The notes under the pieces: generated by a model
What the model was told of the DNA's origin: nothing
Database searches by the model: none
What the model saw: only the letters and a program-made list of their open reading frames with translations
From: an uncultured virus (IMG/VR IMGVR_UViG_3300009495_000011)
Taxonomy: Duplodnaviria; Heunggongvirae; Uroviricota; Caudoviricetes
DNA: 20,000 nt
Direction: 5' to 3' (one strand)
Virus record (IMG/VR): IMGVR_UViG_3300009495_000011
Part shown: one piece after another, positions 17,745 to 20,000 of the stretch
Layout of the letters: every line of letters begins with the position of its first letter
Numbering within the stretch: the first letter of the stretch is position 1
Translations under genes and position numbers: made by a program

Positions 17745-18601
17745 CAACAGGAGTACTCTTGTTTGCATATAACAACACTGCAATAGACTATGTTAAACAA
17801 GCAATATATAACGCAAAGCTAGTAAAACAGCATTTAAAATTGCCTGTAGTTATTGTGACTGACAGTGTAAGTTATCTTGAAAAAACATATCCATGGTATA
17901 AAAAATACGTAGATGATGTAATTTTTCAAATGCCACGGGAATCTAACTTTCAAAATAGAGAATTTTTCGGCGGTGAACATCACAGTATACGTGCAGAATG
18001 GAAAAATGTAAATCGGGCAAGTGCTTATGACATAACTCCATTTGACACTACTATTGTAATAGATACAGATTACTTAATCAATAATAGCAGTTTCCTAAAA
18101 GTATTAGATCAGCCATCAGATTTGTTTATGTTTAGAGATAGTTGCGATATTGCATATAAAAGAAATATAAAAGGCTTTGACAAAATATCCGATGAAGCTA
18201 TTGATTTTTGGTGGGCAACTGTATTAGTTTTTAAGAAAACTGAACGAACTAAAAAACTATTTGAACTAGTAAATTATATTAAAGAACATTATCATTATTT
18301 TAGGACATTGTATCGTATACCTCTAAAACTTTATAGAAATGATTACGCCTTTAGTATAGCATTGCATATGCTCAACGGATACCAAGAAACTAATTGGCCG
18401 TGTCAGTTACCTGGCAAAATGTTATATACTAGTCCTCAAGATGACTTGCTAACTATTAAAGATGGAAAGTATACGTTTGTTTTAGGACAAAAATCAAGAA
18501 TAGACAAAGTTAACATAGTCTCGGTTGAAGGTATGAATATACACATTATGAATAAACTTCACTTAAATGATCTAATCGACAAGGAGTTTGTAAATGAGTA
18601 A
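17741..18601 (+). CDS. Putative GT-A fold glycosyltransferase (GT8/mannosyltransferase-like), 286 aa
   Basis: N-terminal beta-alpha GVLLFAYNN..DYVKQAIYNAKLVK..LKLPVVIVTD. PFDTTIVIDTDYLI carries a DxD at 18062-18070. Later WWATVLVFKKT and RNDYAFSIALH, with a C-terminal His (IHIMNK). Confidence 0.7.
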   Translation: MTTGVLLFAYNNTAIDYVKQAIYNAKLVKQHLKLPVVIVTDSVSYLEKTYPWYKKYVDDVIFQMPRESNFQNREFFGGEHHSIRAEWKNVNRASAYDITPFDTTIVIDTDYLINNSSFLKVLDQPSDLFMFRDSCDIAYKRNIKGFDKISDEAIDFWWATVLVFKKTERTKKLFELVNYIKEHYHYFRTLYRIPLKLYRNDYAFSIALHMLNGYQETNWPCQLPGKMLYTSPQDDLLTIKDGKYTFVLGQKSRIDKVNIVSVEGMNIHIMNKLHLNDLIDKEFVNE

Positions 18602-19370
18602 AGGCTATGTCATTTTCGCACAAAACAACGGTAAGACTGATTATGTAAAACAAGCAGAATTGTTAGCAGCAAGTATTAAAAAATTTAATAGCATAAACAA
18701 CGTAACTATTATTACTGATAAAGACATTAAAGACGATTACGCAAAAGACAGTGAATGGAAAATAGAGAATCGCTGGCGAGCATATGAGATGTCTCCTTAT
18801 GAAGAAACAATTGTACTTGATGCTGATATGGTATTTTGTCGAAACGTAGACCATTGGTGGGATAAGTTTTCACATCATGATATGTTTTTTACAACTAATG
18901 TTTTAACCTATAGAAATACTATTGCAACAAGCGACTATTATAGAAAAACTTTTGTAAAGAATAGTTTGCCTAATTTATACACAGCATTTTATTATTTTAA
19001 AAAGACACCTACTTCTAAATTAGTGTTTGAGCTATTGAAAGATATTACGCTTAATTGGAAATCTTATTATAGTAAGTTTTTAAAGAACACATACCAGTCT
19101 GGACAAAGTATTGATTTAAACATGGCACTTGCTATAAAAATATTAGGACTAGAGAGTGCTACTACTGATAATACAACAGTGCCTACCTTTATACATTTAA
19201 AACCCAAAATGCAAGATTGGAATACACCGTCAGATACTGTAACTAATAGAATTCCAGTTTACACGTTTCACGGAAAAATTATGTTAGATTCGTATATGTT
19301 GAATGATATATTACATTATGTTGAAGACGATTTCTTACCAACAGACGTAAAGGAGTTGTTCAATGAGTAG
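18594..19370 (+). CDS. Putative GT-A fold glycosyltransferase, paralog of the upstream gene, 258 aa
   Basis: GYVIFAQNN..DYVKQAELLAASIK. SPYEETIVLDADMVF carries a DxD at 18819-18827. Also LYTAFYYFKKT, SIDLNMALAIKILG, FIHLK and LHYV. AAGGAG RBS. Confidence 0.72.
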   Translation: MSKGYVIFAQNNGKTDYVKQAELLAASIKKFNSINNVTIITDKDIKDDYAKDSEWKIENRWRAYEMSPYEETIVLDADMVFCRNVDHWWDKFSHHDMFFTTNVLTYRNTIATSDYYRKTFVKNSLPNLYTAFYYFKKTPTSKLVFELLKDITLNWKSYYSKFLKNTYQSGQSIDLNMALAIKILGLESATTDNTTVPTFIHLKPKMQDWNTPSDTVTNRIPVYTFHGKIMLDSYMLNDILHYVEDDFLPTDVKELFNE

Positions 19371-19884
19371 TATATTAGACGACATTCGTCGTCATCAGAT
19401 GTTAGCTCGTACATTAAAATACTATGTGTCATACGATAGTGAAAATAGAATAACGGCTGTCTTTTCTCATTCGGGAGATGCTCCAGACAACTCTATTAAT
19501 ATCAGTGAGAGTCTAGCGGAAAAATTTCTTAATGGTGACATACTTAAACACAATTATACTGTAGTGCAGTTAGGTGATAATTTTGTAATTGAAAAAATTA
19601 ACACAGATATATCTATTACAACAGAACATTCTTTTTACAAAATTCCTACAGCATCATGTAAGAATATGATATACATAAACTCAACAAATAAAACGTTACG
19701 ATTTGAAGGAGAGTTTTTGAATTCAAATGTGTTTTACATTTGCGCAAAGAATTGTTTTCATATTTTATATAAAACAATTTTATTTGACGATGATATTAAT
19801 ATACACGTAGACGAGTGCTTTACTAAAGATATAGATATATTTGTGCCTGCACACGTAGAAAACGTAGGGATAGCATATGAGTGA
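19363..19884 (+). CDS. Hypothetical protein (173 aa)
   Basis: AAGGAG RBS and 8-bp overlaps with both neighbours. No recognised motif. Confidence 0.65.
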   Translation: MSSILDDIRRHQMLARTLKYYVSYDSENRITAVFSHSGDAPDNSINISESLAEKFLNGDILKHNYTVVQLGDNFVIEKINTDISITTEHSFYKIPTASCKNMIYINSTNKTLRFEGEFLNSNVFYICAKNCFHILYKTILFDDDINIHVDECFTKDIDIFVPAHVENVGIAYE

Positions 19885-20000
19885 TTTTCAACTAAAACTT
19901 GCAGACTACGACTTTTACTTTTTTGATCAAGGCGCACCTAATGCTGAAGAAAACTTTTATGCAGCAAAAAATGCTATACCTTGGATAGTACGAACAGATA
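19877..20000 (+). CDS. 3'-truncated CDS (MSDFQLKLADYDFYFFDQGAPNAEENFYAAKNAIPWIVRTD...), possibly another glycosyltransferase-like protein
   Basis: ATG at 19877 in an ATGAGTGA overlap, open to the window end, and absent from the supplied ORF track. The N-terminus recalls phage proteins beginning D-hydrophobic-x-x-EPNAExN..L....PW, from memory only. Confidence 0.55.
   Translation, partial: MSDFQLKLADYDFYFFDQGAPNAEENFYAAKNAIPWIVRTD

Noticed and set aside
16715..18854. Minus-strand ORFs 16715-17167, 17486-17800 and 18663-18854
   Set aside because: They are antisense to well-supported coupled genes and have no independent evidence.
1..20000. Stop-codon reassignment, as seen in some large phages
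   Set aside because: Genes are long and uninterrupted in the standard code, and TAA, TGA and TAG all appear as stops at coupled gene junctions.

Overview
AT-rich, densely packed window with every real gene on the + strand. It most likely comes from the virion (baseplate/tail) module of a large tailed phage, probably a large myovirus using T4-like TAAATA late promoters. Bases 1-17339 encode, in order: the 3' part of a giant baseplate-wedge-like structural protein; a 203-aa fibre-attachment-like protein; three paralogous tail-fibre/spike proteins; and a paralogous pair of structural proteins. The three fibres share a ~210-260-aa N-terminal anchor but end in different C-termini (tail collar, Peptidase S74-type chaperone, Peptidase G2-type chaperone). 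After a sigma70-like promoter overlapped by a palindrome (17349-17388), a more AT-rich, translationally coupled operon begins. It holds two paralogous DxD glycosyltransferase-like genes, two hypotheticals and a truncated gene. The most notable observations are a ~170-aa coiled-coil inserted inside a beta-repeat of the giant structural protein, the three-fibre family with three different C-terminal domain types, and a candidate virion-glycosylation operon next to the tail genes. All family assignments come from motif recognition by eye; no database search was run.
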